From: Gammaproteobacteria bacterium
Lineage (GTDB): Bacteria > Pseudomonadota > Gammaproteobacteria > JACKNK01
Assembly (NCBI GenBank): GCA_024234955.1
Contig: JACKNK010000001.1
Location: forward strand, 389,331 to 453,330
Direction of reading: 5' to 3'
Length of the DNA: 64,000 bases
Part shown: one piece after another, positions 19,450 through 27,734 of the stretch
How the letters are laid out: every line of letters begins with the position of its first letter
Numbering within the stretch: position 1 is the first letter of the stretch
Program-made: the position numbers and the translations under genes
Notes under the pieces: model-generated
What the model saw: the letters and a program-made list of their open reading frames with translations, nothing else
Told to the model about the DNA's origin: nothing
Databases searched by the model: none

Positions 19450-20361
19450 TTAACCGCCGATGAAATCCGAAATCATGTCTGCGGCGTCTTCCAGATACAG
19501 GTCACGGAAGAAGTGATCGGCACCGTCGATGATCTCCAGCTTCACATGGTCTCCGTCGGCAACGCTTTCCATTTTCGGGATCAAGTCATTGACGACGGTA
19601 TCGGCACTGCCGGCAATGACCAGCACAGGCGCCTTGATGCGTCCGACCACACGCGGGGTGTCGAGGTCCGCGTCCGGCCGGTAATAGCCGACGAATGCAT
19701 CGGCGGTGGCTTCAGTCTGCTTGCAGTAAATGAAGTCGATGGGATTCATGACTTCATCCCCTTTCCCGGCGGCCACCAGGGCTTCCGCTTTGGCAAGCAG
19801 GGGTTTGAGTTCGACGCCGTATTTCTTCTTGTAATCCTCGGCCTCACCGTCCTCGCTCCAGGTCATGGGTGCAATCAGGATTGCGGCGTGAATCGCGCCT
19901 TCATCCTGAGCGGCCGCGAAACGTGCTGTTTGATTGCCGCCCCGAGAATGACCGAGCACGGACACATTGGTCGCGCCTTCGGCCTTCAACCAGTCATACC
20001 AGGCACCGATCTCGCCGATGGCATCGGTGTGTTTATGGTTATGACGCACCGCGCAGTCATACATGGATTGCGCGCGGTCGTTGATGCCGAGGCTGAGGTT
20101 GATTGCGAGGGTGTTGATGCCCCGCTCGGCCAGCAGGTGCTGTAGCCCGCTGATTATCTCCATGCCTGCATGTGCGATGGTGCCGTGGGTGATCAGCACG
20201 GTCGGGGCGCCACTCAAGCCTGCGTCAACGGTCTCCAGGTTTGCATTCAGCACGACACCGTCGTGCGTAATGCGCACCTCATCGGCGTGCACAGCCGGGC
20301 TGTGCAACCCGATCAAGAGCGGTACGGACAGGGTGGCCAAGGTCGTAAGCAGTTTGCGCAT
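19450..20361 (-). CDS. Secreted alpha/beta-hydrolase-fold protein.
   Basis: Signal peptide MRKLLTTLATLSVPLLIGLHSPAVHA. Nucleophile elbow GHSRGG. A C-terminal D/H region. Confidence 0.7.
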   Translation of the reverse strand: MRKLLTTLATLSVPLLIGLHSPAVHADEVRITHDGVVLNANLETVDAGLSGAPTVLITHGTIAHAGMEIISGLQHLLAERGINTLAINLSLGINDRAQSMYDCAVRHNHKHTDAIGEIGAWYDWLKAEGATNVSVLGHSRGGNQTARFAAAQDEGAIHAAILIAPMTWSEDGEAEDYKKKYGVELKPLLAKAEALVAAGKGDEVMNPIDFIYCKQTEATADAFVGYYRPDADLDTPRVVGRIKAPVLVIAGSADTVVNDLIPKMESVADGDHVKLEIIDGADHFFRDLYLEDAADMISDFIGG

Positions 20362-20406
20362 GATGTTGTCTTTTCGAGTGGTAAACCGTGCCGTGACGGA
20401 GAGCGA

Positions 20407-21246
20407 TCAGAATAGGCCAAGAATGCGTTTCAGAAGGGCCTGGTTGGGGTGTTCGGCCCGCTGCATTGCGAAGATCTGACGCTTGAATTCCGGGGCGTCT
20501 GCGACCGGATACAAACGCCCGGCTTCCACCAGGTTTTGCGCCATCGCCTCGGGCAGGTAAGCCGAACCGTCCAGTGCACCAAGCAAATCGAGGGCCACCG
20601 AGCCCTGACTTACCTGAAGACGACTGGACTGGATCGCTGGCAAGGATTCGTTCTCCCCACTTGCCAGATTGAAGCTCCCCCCCCAATCCACACTGATATG
20701 CGATGCGTCCGCGATCTCGTTGGTTTCCCGCTGGGGTTCGGTGGCATAAAGGCGCAAAGGCACGTCTGCCATCGGCGTCACATGCAACCCGTTGGTGTGC
20801 GAGGTTTCGAGTACAAAGGCCAGGTCGAGCGAGCCGTCTCCAAGCTTCCGGATCAGCGTATGGGCGTCACCAATCTCCAAATGCAAGGCAACATCCGGCA
20901 GTTCCAGCCGTAGACGAGTGACCCAGGACTGCAACCAGGGCTGCCACAGGTCCAGCACCCCTCCAATGGAAACGCTCGCGGATTGCCCATCCCTCAAGGC
21001 GACCTCCGCTTTGGCCCGTCCCCAGGAACGAACGATGATCTCGGCGTGACGGCTGAGTCGTTCACCGGCCGGGGTCAGACGAATATCGTTGCGACGCCGG
21101 TCGAACAGGTCTACACCAAGCGTGGACTCAAGCAATTTGATGCGCGCGCTGACCGCAGATTGGGTAACGAACAGATTGTTCGCCGCGTTACCGAAGTGAC
21201 GGGTGCGTGCGACTTCGAGAAAGGTGCGTAATAAGGCGATGTCCAT
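20407..21246 (-). CDS. LysR-family transcriptional regulator.
   Basis: The N-terminal HTH reads LRTFLEVARTRHFGNAANNLFVTQSAVSARIKLLE. The protein is 279 aa and is transcribed divergently from the acidic-protein/GNAT/RimK operon. Confidence 0.9.
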   Translation of the reverse strand: MDIALLRTFLEVARTRHFGNAANNLFVTQSAVSARIKLLESTLGVDLFDRRRNDIRLTPAGERLSRHAEIIVRSWGRAKAEVALRDGQSASVSIGGVLDLWQPWLQSWVTRLRLELPDVALHLEIGDAHTLIRKLGDGSLDLAFVLETSHTNGLHVTPMADVPLRLYATEPQRETNEIADASHISVDWGGSFNLASGENESLPAIQSSRLQVSQGSVALDLLGALDGSAYLPEAMAQNLVEAGRLYPVADAPEFKRQIFAMQRAEHPNQALLKRILGLF

Positions 21247-21276
21247 CGGGAATTGGCTCTCTTACGACAAGTGATG

Positions 21277-21293
21277 ATGATCTTCACGATCAT
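21277..21293. promoter_or_regulatory. Perfect inverted repeat ATGATC-N5-GATCAT in the LysR / operon divergent intergenic region; candidate LTTR operator.
   Basis: The sequence atgatcttcacgatcat contains two GATC sites. It sits 31 nt upstream of the lysR start codon on the opposite strand. Confidence 0.4.
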
Positions 21294-21452
21294 GACATTT
21301 CGTTAGCGTAAGCGTCGATGGACATCTACAAAGCGCGGAAACGTCGGGCAACCACCCGACCTTCCTTCCTGATCGGCAGTGGTCCTCACGAGCAAGCCGA
21401 TCCCTGCTTTCCCGGCATTCTGCCGGGTTGCAGAAATCTGGAGAACACAGCC

Positions 21453-21653
21453 ATGGGCGATTCTGACGATGATGACTTGATTGATGATGATGACGAATTC
21501 AGCTCCGATGACGACCTGAATTTCGATTCCGAGGATGAGGAGGTTGAACTACGCCATCGTTCACCGCTCGAACTTCGACGCCAGCTAGAGCGTCGTCGTG
21601 AGTTATCCGAACTCCGACGTCTGCTTGACGACCCCTTTCTGGAACTTGATTGA
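21453..21653 (+). CDS. Small (66 aa) extremely acidic protein.
   Basis: MGDSDDDDLIDDDDEFSSDDDLNFDSEDEEVELRHRSPLELRRQLERRRELSELRRLLDDPFLELD. A GGAGAA RBS lies 8 nt upstream. Its stop overlaps the start of the next gene. The longer track ORF from 21318 lacks an RBS and has a biased N-terminus. Confidence 0.55.
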   Translation: MGDSDDDDLIDDDDEFSSDDDLNFDSEDEEVELRHRSPLELRRQLERRRELSELRRLLDDPFLELD

Positions 21654-22828
21654 ACCAACAACATTCGGCGACCGCTCCAGCCTCCTCCGCACCTGATTCG
21701 ACGGTCCCCTCCGCGTCGTCATTGCCGATTTCCAAGGCCGTACCACGGGTCGCGGGCAAAACCGACCTGGACTCCTTAGTCGCCCTGGAAGACCGCTGCT
21801 TCGCCAGCGATCGCCTGAGCCGCCGGCAATTCCGTCACCTGCTGCAACGCGGCAACGCACAGATTCTGGTCATCGACGCCGATGCGCACGGCCTCGCAGC
21901 CGCCATCGTCGTCCTGTTCCGCCGTGCGACCTCCATTGCCCGTCTGTATTCCATCGCGGTGGACCCGGATCAACGTGGGCGTGGTTTCGCCCAGACCCTG
22001 GTTGCGGCTGCAGAGGCGGAGGCGTGGGCGCAGTCGCGCGCGTGGATGCGTCTGGAAGTCCGCAAGGACAACACTGCATCCATCGGGCTGTTTGAGCGCC
22101 TTGGGTATCGCCGTTTTGGCGAATACCGGGACTATTACGAAGACCATATGGACGCCTGGCGCTTCGAGAAGCAGCTCGATCCTGGCCTGAAGCCACCGTT
22201 GGCACGGGTTCCTTATTACGAGCAGACCCTCGATTTCACCTGTGGCGCGGCCTGTCTGATCATGGCGATGCAGGCCCTGAAGCCGGATGAACAGCCGGAT
22301 CGCAAGCTGGAACTGCGCTTATGGCGTGAAGCCACCACCATTTTCATGACCTCAGGTCATGGCGGCTGTGGCCCCTATGGCTTGGCATTGGCCGCCAAAC
22401 ATCGTGGTTTCGACGTTCAGGTCTTTGTGTCGGATCGTGAACCGCATCTCATCGAGTCGGTGCGCAGCGACGCAAAAAAGGAAGTCATGAGCCTGGTCCA
22501 GGAAGATCAGGAAGAGCAACTGCAGCGTGAAGGCGTCCCCATTTCGACTGACGTCCCGGACATCGTTGCACTCGAAGCCTTGTTCCACGATGGTCACATA
22601 CCGCTGGTGCTGATCAGCTCGTGGCAGATTTATCAGGAACGATGGCCGCATTGGGTGGTGATCAATGGTTTCGATGAACATTTCATCTATGTTCATGACC
22701 CCTTCGTCGATTATGACAACGGTGAGAATCGCCTGGATTCGATCAACATGCCCATCAGCCGCGAGCAGTTCACACGCATGGCCCGTTACGGTCGGCGCGG
22801 TCTGCAAGCGGTCATCACCCTGCGCTGA
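21650..22828 (+). CDS. Fusion protein: GNAT (RimI-like) acetyltransferase domain plus a C39-like papain-fold cysteine peptidase domain.
   Basis: GNAT motif A is LYSIAVDPDQRGRGFAQTLV. The C39-like catalytic Cys context is YYEQTLDFTCGAACLIMAMQAL, and the downstream His is HWVVINGFDEHFIYVHDP. The start is TTG per the track and is uncertain. Confidence 0.7.
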   Translation: MNQQHSATAPASSAPDSTVPSASSLPISKAVPRVAGKTDLDSLVALEDRCFASDRLSRRQFRHLLQRGNAQILVIDADAHGLAAAIVVLFRRATSIARLYSIAVDPDQRGRGFAQTLVAAAEAEAWAQSRAWMRLEVRKDNTASIGLFERLGYRRFGEYRDYYEDHMDAWRFEKQLDPGLKPPLARVPYYEQTLDFTCGAACLIMAMQALKPDEQPDRKLELRLWREATTIFMTSGHGGCGPYGLALAAKHRGFDVQVFVSDREPHLIESVRSDAKKEVMSLVQEDQEEQLQREGVPISTDVPDIVALEALFHDGHIPLVLISSWQIYQERWPHWVVINGFDEHFIYVHDPFVDYDNGENRLDSINMPISREQFTRMARYGRRGLQAVITLR

Positions 22829-22840
22829 GGCTATAGAGCA

Positions 22841-24343
22841 TTGAGTGAACACATCCTGCTGGTCGAAAAAACCAGCGAATGGAAATCCGAGTACCCGCCT
22901 TATCCGGTGGTTGCAGCCAGCGACTATCTGACCAATTCCGAGTGGGCCAATCGCAAGGGCCTGCGCGTGGTGAATCTGTGTCGCAACTCCGGCTATCTGG
23001 GCATCGGTTACTACTGTTCCTTGCTTGCTGAGGCGCGTGGACATCGTGTCGTTCCCGACATTCGCACCTTCAACGACCTGAGCCGCAAAGCGTTCTACGG
23101 TCACGATCTCGAGGAACTGGACCGTCGGGTACGTCGGGTTCTGGGGCGCCGCAAGTCCGGACTGGAAACCACCCGCTTCGAGATTGTCATCGTGTTCGGG
23201 GAATGTCGGGTCTCCGAACTGGCCGGCTTCGCTCGTGAATTGTTCATTGCCTTCCGTGCACCGCTCATGAAAGTGGTGTTTGAACGCACCCATCACTGGC
23301 GTATCGAAGCCGTGCGCCCGGTGACGCCGGGACAACTGGATCCGGCCAACCGGGACTTGTTCTTCGACGCCCTGCAGACCTATCTGGGCAAACCCTGGCG
23401 CCGTCCGCGCACCAGGAAGGCACCGCGTTACGACCTCGCGATCCTGCACGACCCCGATGAGGCCATGCCGCCATCGAACCGACAGGCCCTGGCCCGGTTC
23501 ATCAAGGCAGGCAAAGCCGCCGGGATCGCCGTGGAGCTGATCACGCGCAAGGATTTCGGTCGCCTCGCGGAATTTGACGCACTGTTCATCCGCGAGACCA
23601 CCTCGGTGAACGACCATACGTATCGCTTCTCGCGCCGTGCGCAAAGCGAGGACATGGTGGTGATGGACGACCCGGAATCGATTCTGCGCTGCAGCAACAA
23701 GATCTATCTCGCTGAACTGCTCACCAGCAATGGCGTCGCCGCACCCAAGACCGCGATCGTGCGCCCCGAGAACCTTAACGAACTCGAAAACAGCCTGAAT
23801 TATCCGATGGTGCTGAAAGTCCCGGATGGGTCGTTTTCCCGGGGTGTCATCAAGGTCGAAGATCGGGAAGAACTCGATGCGGGTGTGAAACGGCTTTTCA
23901 ACCAGACCGAACTGGTATTGGCCCAGGAATTCGTCCCGACGCAATTCGATTGGCGCGTCGGGGTGCTCAACGGTGAAGCGCTGTTCGTCTGCCAGTACGG
24001 CATGTCGCCTGGCCATTGGCAGATCATCAACCACAACTCCGGCGGCCAGTCTCCGCGTGAAGGCGATCATCGCACCATCTCGGTCGAAGACGCGCCGCCC
24101 AAAGTGGTCAAGACGGCCATCCGCGCGGCGCGACTCATCGGCGACGGTCTGTACGGCGTGGATCTGAAGGAAACCGCCAAGGGCGTCCTCGTGGTCGAAG
24201 TCAACGACAACCCGAATATCGACGTCGGGGTCGAAGACCAGTTCCTCGGCGACGCCTTATACCAACGAATCATCAGCGAATTCGTGCGTCGCCTCGATCA
24301 AAGCCGTCACGCTGTCCGAAGCGGCCCCGCAAACGCATCGTGA
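22841..24343 (+). CDS. RimK-like ATP-grasp ligase with a long N-terminal (RLAN-type) extension.
   Basis: The C-terminal half has RimK-like ATP-grasp motifs: YPMVLKVPDGSFSRGV, ELVLAQEFVPTQFDWRVGVLNGEALFVCQY and GLYGVDLKETAKGVLVVEVNDNP. The total of 500 aa is much longer than the 300-aa RimK. Confidence 0.8.
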   Translation: MSEHILLVEKTSEWKSEYPPYPVVAASDYLTNSEWANRKGLRVVNLCRNSGYLGIGYYCSLLAEARGHRVVPDIRTFNDLSRKAFYGHDLEELDRRVRRVLGRRKSGLETTRFEIVIVFGECRVSELAGFARELFIAFRAPLMKVVFERTHHWRIEAVRPVTPGQLDPANRDLFFDALQTYLGKPWRRPRTRKAPRYDLAILHDPDEAMPPSNRQALARFIKAGKAAGIAVELITRKDFGRLAEFDALFIRETTSVNDHTYRFSRRAQSEDMVVMDDPESILRCSNKIYLAELLTSNGVAAPKTAIVRPENLNELENSLNYPMVLKVPDGSFSRGVIKVEDREELDAGVKRLFNQTELVLAQEFVPTQFDWRVGVLNGEALFVCQYGMSPGHWQIINHNSGGQSPREGDHRTISVEDAPPKVVKTAIRAARLIGDGLYGVDLKETAKGVLVVEVNDNPNIDVGVEDQFLGDALYQRIISEFVRRLDQSRHAVRSGPANAS

Positions 24344-24819
24344 TTGCGCGATTCTGGCTTCTGTCGTTGGCATTTTCAGCGCTGGCTCAGGCCGCCGCAG
24401 GCCCGCTGTCGGTGGATGCCATCCTGCAATTCCGGGAAGCACCGCCTGGTGTCGTGTTCGAGATCATCGAGCCGTCGCCGGAGCAACTTGCGCCTGCGCT
24501 GTTTCAGGCCCAGACGGATGCGGCACGTCTGCGCGACAAGTTTCCCAAACTGCCCATCGCGATCGTCAGCCACGGTCGCGAACAGTTCGCCCTGCTGCGC
24601 GAGAACGCCAATCGCTTCGAAGCCGCGCATCGGGCTAGCCACGCACTCATCGACAGTGGCGTCGAAATCAGCGTTTGCGGCGTAAACGCCGAACGTCGTG
24701 GCAAGACCGCAGAAGACTTCATGCAGGAAATCGACGTCAGTGCGGAAGGTCCGGCCAGAATTCGCGATCTGGAAGCGCTCGGTTATCTTCGGGTGCGCGT
24801 GCGTAGCGCCAAACCCTGA
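24340..24819 (+). CDS. Secreted DsrE/DsrF-like (YchN-fold) protein; putative.
   Basis: Signal peptide MIARFWLLSLAFSALAQAAAG. The start GTG overlaps the RimK-like stop (GTGA). Motifs VVFEII...IAIVSHG...ISVCG are reminiscent of the DsrE family. Confidence 0.45.
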   Translation: MIARFWLLSLAFSALAQAAAGPLSVDAILQFREAPPGVVFEIIEPSPEQLAPALFQAQTDAARLRDKFPKLPIAIVSHGREQFALLRENANRFEAAHRASHALIDSGVEISVCGVNAERRGKTAEDFMQEIDVSAEGPARIRDLEALGYLRVRVRSAKP

Positions 24820-24826
24820 AACGCAA

Positions 24827-24864
24827 AACGCCCGTCAGTATCGGTTGACGGGCGTTCTGTTTTT
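24827..24864. terminator. Bidirectional rho-independent terminator between the convergent DsrE-like gene and mlaA.
   Basis: AACGCCCGTCA-loop-TGACGGGCGTT followed by CTGTTTTT. Confidence 0.65.
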
Positions 24865-24882
24865 GAGCTTGAGGACGACGTG

Positions 24883-25632
24883 TTACTTGGCGGGCGGTGG
24901 CGGAGGTGCGTCCAACAACAGATCGTCTTCGCTGAAACCGCCCTTGGCGACCGTTTCGGCGCCGTCCGCAACCAGATAAGCACGACGCTGCAGGTAGGAA
25001 TCCCGCAGGGTCTGATACGGATCGTAAGCCACCTCATCCAGAACGTCGGTAGCGGTCAGCAGATCGGCTCGGGTATCGATGGCACGCAGAATCACCGCAA
25101 CCCAGCGATCCCGCTCCGGATGGACATGGGCAACCGGGTCGATATACCACTCGGCGACAAAACCGACGCCATCACGAACGTTGCTCGGACCGAAGATTGG
25201 CAACACCAGATACGGACCGGTGCCCATACCCCAGTAACCCAGGGTCTGACCGAAGTCTTCATCATGTTTTTCCAGACCCCACATGGTCGCCACGTCGAAC
25301 ACACCGAGGATGCCGAAGCTGGTGTTGACCATGATGCGGGAAAGATCGGACAACGCGTTGACCAGCTTGAGCTGCAGGACGTTGTTGATCATCACACTGA
25401 CATCGTCAATGTTATTGAAGAAGTTGGTGACGCCTTTATCGACCACATCCGGGGTCACGGCCTTGTAAGCTTGTGACACCGGCTTCATCAGAGCCCGATC
25501 AAAGGTCTCGTTGAAGCTGTAGATGCCGCGATTCAACGGCTCCAGCGGATCTTCCGGATGAGCGTTCGGCCCGGTGGCGCAGCCACTGAGAACAGATCCG
25601 GCAACGAATAAAAGCAAGAGCTTGCGAAGCAT
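24883..25632 (-). CDS. mlaA: Phospholipid-binding outer-membrane lipoprotein MlaA (VacJ).
   Basis: Lipobox LSGC. VacJ-family block GPYLVLPIFGPSNVRDG. 249 aa. Confidence 0.85.
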   Translation of the reverse strand: MLRKLLLLFVAGSVLSGCATGPNAHPEDPLEPLNRGIYSFNETFDRALMKPVSQAYKAVTPDVVDKGVTNFFNNIDDVSVMINNVLQLKLVNALSDLSRIMVNTSFGILGVFDVATMWGLEKHDEDFGQTLGYWGMGTGPYLVLPIFGPSNVRDGVGFVAEWYIDPVAHVHPERDRWVAVILRAIDTRADLLTATDVLDEVAYDPYQTLRDSYLQRRAYLVADGAETVAKGGFSEDDLLLDAPPPPPAK

Positions 25633-25718
25633 GATTGAAAATCGACCTTGTAATGGTTCGGCAACAGCGTGGACGGCGCCAAGAATATCAAAACCTTCGG
25701 TTTGGTAACGGGAAAATC

Positions 25719-27725
25719 ATGATCCCGATGGCAATCTCATCTCACGCCCGACTCCTCGGCCACCCTCCGGTACGCACTGCGACCTTACAGTGGTTGTTGC
25801 TGACGTTGACCTTGATTGCTGCCCCTCATGCATCGTGGGTGCCAATCTGGATAACGTTGCTGTTCCTGGCGATTGCCAGCTGGCGTTGGTTTGCCGGACA
25901 ACGCAACTGGAACCTGCCGAATGGCTGGATCCGTGCCGCCAGTGCACTGCTGGGCGTCAGCGCCGTGTATGCGTACTACGGCACCGTGTTTGGACGCGAG
26001 CCGGGCGTCTCATTGTTGCTGGTCATGGTGGCGCTGAAATTGATGGAGCTGAAGACGCAACGTGACGAATGGGTATTGCTGCTGCTCGGCTACTTCCTGT
26101 TGTTAACCGCGTTTCTGTTTCAGCAGGGAATTGGCACCGGCGTTTACATGTTGACTATGGCCATCCTGCTGACCACCCTGCTCACGACGATCAGCGACGC
26201 CCGGCGTCCAGGCCTGGAAACCCGGCATTGGCGCATGGCGGGATTGATGATGTTGCAAGGGCTTCCGCTGATGCTGGCCCTGTTCATCCTGTTCCCACGT
26301 ATCGATCATCCCTTATGGGGCATGTCTGAGTCGGCGGTGGGCGCGCGGACCGGACTGAGCGATTCGATGAGCCCCGGCGCGTTCACCAATCTGACCTTGT
26401 CGGATGAGGTCGCCTTCCGGGTCGATTTCGACGGCGATTTACCGCCCATGTCGAAACTATATTGGCGCGGCCCGGTGTTTTGGCGCTACGACGGGCGGGA
26501 ATGGCGTCGTGGTGGACCCAGTGGGCCGCGTCGGCTCGACTTCAGCAAACTCGACCACGCCGTCGATTACACCGTCACCCTTGAGCCTCATGACCGGCTC
26601 TGGCTGTTCGCGCTCGACGTGCCGGGCGATGTCCCGGACAGTGCCTACTTCACCACCGATTACCGCCTCGAAACCGACCGCCAGGTCAAGGACAGGCGGG
26701 TATACCGAATGCGCTCCTGGCTGGACTACCGCATCGATGCAACGCCGCGCCCGGAGGACCTGAAACTGGCCCTTAGCCTGCCGGATGGCCGCCATCCCAA
26801 GGCGCGTGAACTCGCTGCCAAATGGCGTCAAACCTACGGTGACGATCATCTGGGCATCGTCAATGAGGCGCTCAAAAGATTCCGCGAATTACCTTATCGC
26901 TACACCTTGTCGCCACCTCTGTTGCGCCAGGATCCGGTGGACGAATTCCTGTTCGAAACCCAGGCCGGGTTTTGTGAACATTACGCCAGCAGTTTTGTCG
27001 TGCTGATGCGCGCCGCCGGCGTCCCTGCCCGCATCGTTACCGGTTATCAGGGCGGCATCTGGAACAAACTCGGTGGCTATTTCATGGTCCGACAAGCGGA
27101 CGCCCATGCCTGGGCGGAGGTGTGGTTGCCCAAGGTGGGCTGGTTACGCGTCGATCCCACCGCAGCGGTTGCGCCCCAACGCATCGAACGCGGACTCGGT
27201 GCGGCGATTCGCGATGAACAGCGCGCGCTCGCCGCGATGGCCCAAGCGGATGAAGTTGGCGGTTGGCGCTATCAAGTGGCCCTGGCCTTGGATGCCCTAC
27301 ATACCAATTGGGGGCGCTGGGTGGTCGGCTACAACGCCAAGCGCCAACGCAGCCTGTTGCAGGCATGGGGCATGGATGAGGTCTCCCCGAATCAACTCGC
27401 CCAAGGCATGGTATTCGTCGTCGGCGGTTTGTTGCTGTTCTTCTCGGCGCTGATGTTTCTGCGCCGCTCACCAAACACCTTAACGCCAGTGCAGAAGGCA
27501 TGGCTGCAATTCACCAATACGTTGGAGAAAGCCGGACTGACGCGTGGTCCGCATGAAGGCCCGGTCAACTTCGCCAACCGGGCGGCGCAACGGTTTCCAA
27601 TGTCCGAGACGTCGATCTCTGCGATCGTTTCCGACTACGTTGAATTGCGATACGGACGACAGGTCGACGACGACAAACGCTTGTCACGTTTGCGCCGTGC
27701 GGTGCGGAGTTTCCGACCGAAGTAG
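25719..27725 (+). CDS. Transglutaminase-like domain membrane protein (TgpA-like).
   Basis: N-terminal multi-TM region. The transglutaminase core GFCEHYASSFVVLMRAAGVPARIVTGY has the Cys, and DAHAWAEVW has the His. A C-terminal TM follows. The start is uncertain; the track gives 25635. Confidence 0.75.
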   Translation: MIPMAISSHARLLGHPPVRTATLQWLLLTLTLIAAPHASWVPIWITLLFLAIASWRWFAGQRNWNLPNGWIRAASALLGVSAVYAYYGTVFGREPGVSLLLVMVALKLMELKTQRDEWVLLLLGYFLLLTAFLFQQGIGTGVYMLTMAILLTTLLTTISDARRPGLETRHWRMAGLMMLQGLPLMLALFILFPRIDHPLWGMSESAVGARTGLSDSMSPGAFTNLTLSDEVAFRVDFDGDLPPMSKLYWRGPVFWRYDGREWRRGGPSGPRRLDFSKLDHAVDYTVTLEPHDRLWLFALDVPGDVPDSAYFTTDYRLETDRQVKDRRVYRMRSWLDYRIDATPRPEDLKLALSLPDGRHPKARELAAKWRQTYGDDHLGIVNEALKRFRELPYRYTLSPPLLRQDPVDEFLFETQAGFCEHYASSFVVLMRAAGVPARIVTGYQGGIWNKLGGYFMVRQADAHAWAEVWLPKVGWLRVDPTAAVAPQRIERGLGAAIRDEQRALAAMAQADEVGGWRYQVALALDALHTNWGRWVVGYNAKRQRSLLQAWGMDEVSPNQLAQGMVFVVGGLLLFFSALMFLRRSPNTLTPVQKAWLQFTNTLEKAGLTRGPHEGPVNFANRAAQRFPMSETSISAIVSDYVELRYGRQVDDDKRLSRLRRAVRSFRPK

Positions 27726-27734
27726 GTGCAAGGA

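Noticed and set aside
21318-21452. Longer 111-aa version of the acidic ORF starting at 21318.
   Set aside because: The upstream ATG lacks an RBS, and its N-terminal segment is low-complexity. The internal ATG at 21453 has a GGAGAA RBS. The longer form cannot be excluded.
22352-24070. 572-aa minus-strand ORF.
   Set aside because: It is antisense to the GNAT-C39 and RimK-like genes, whose motifs are clear.
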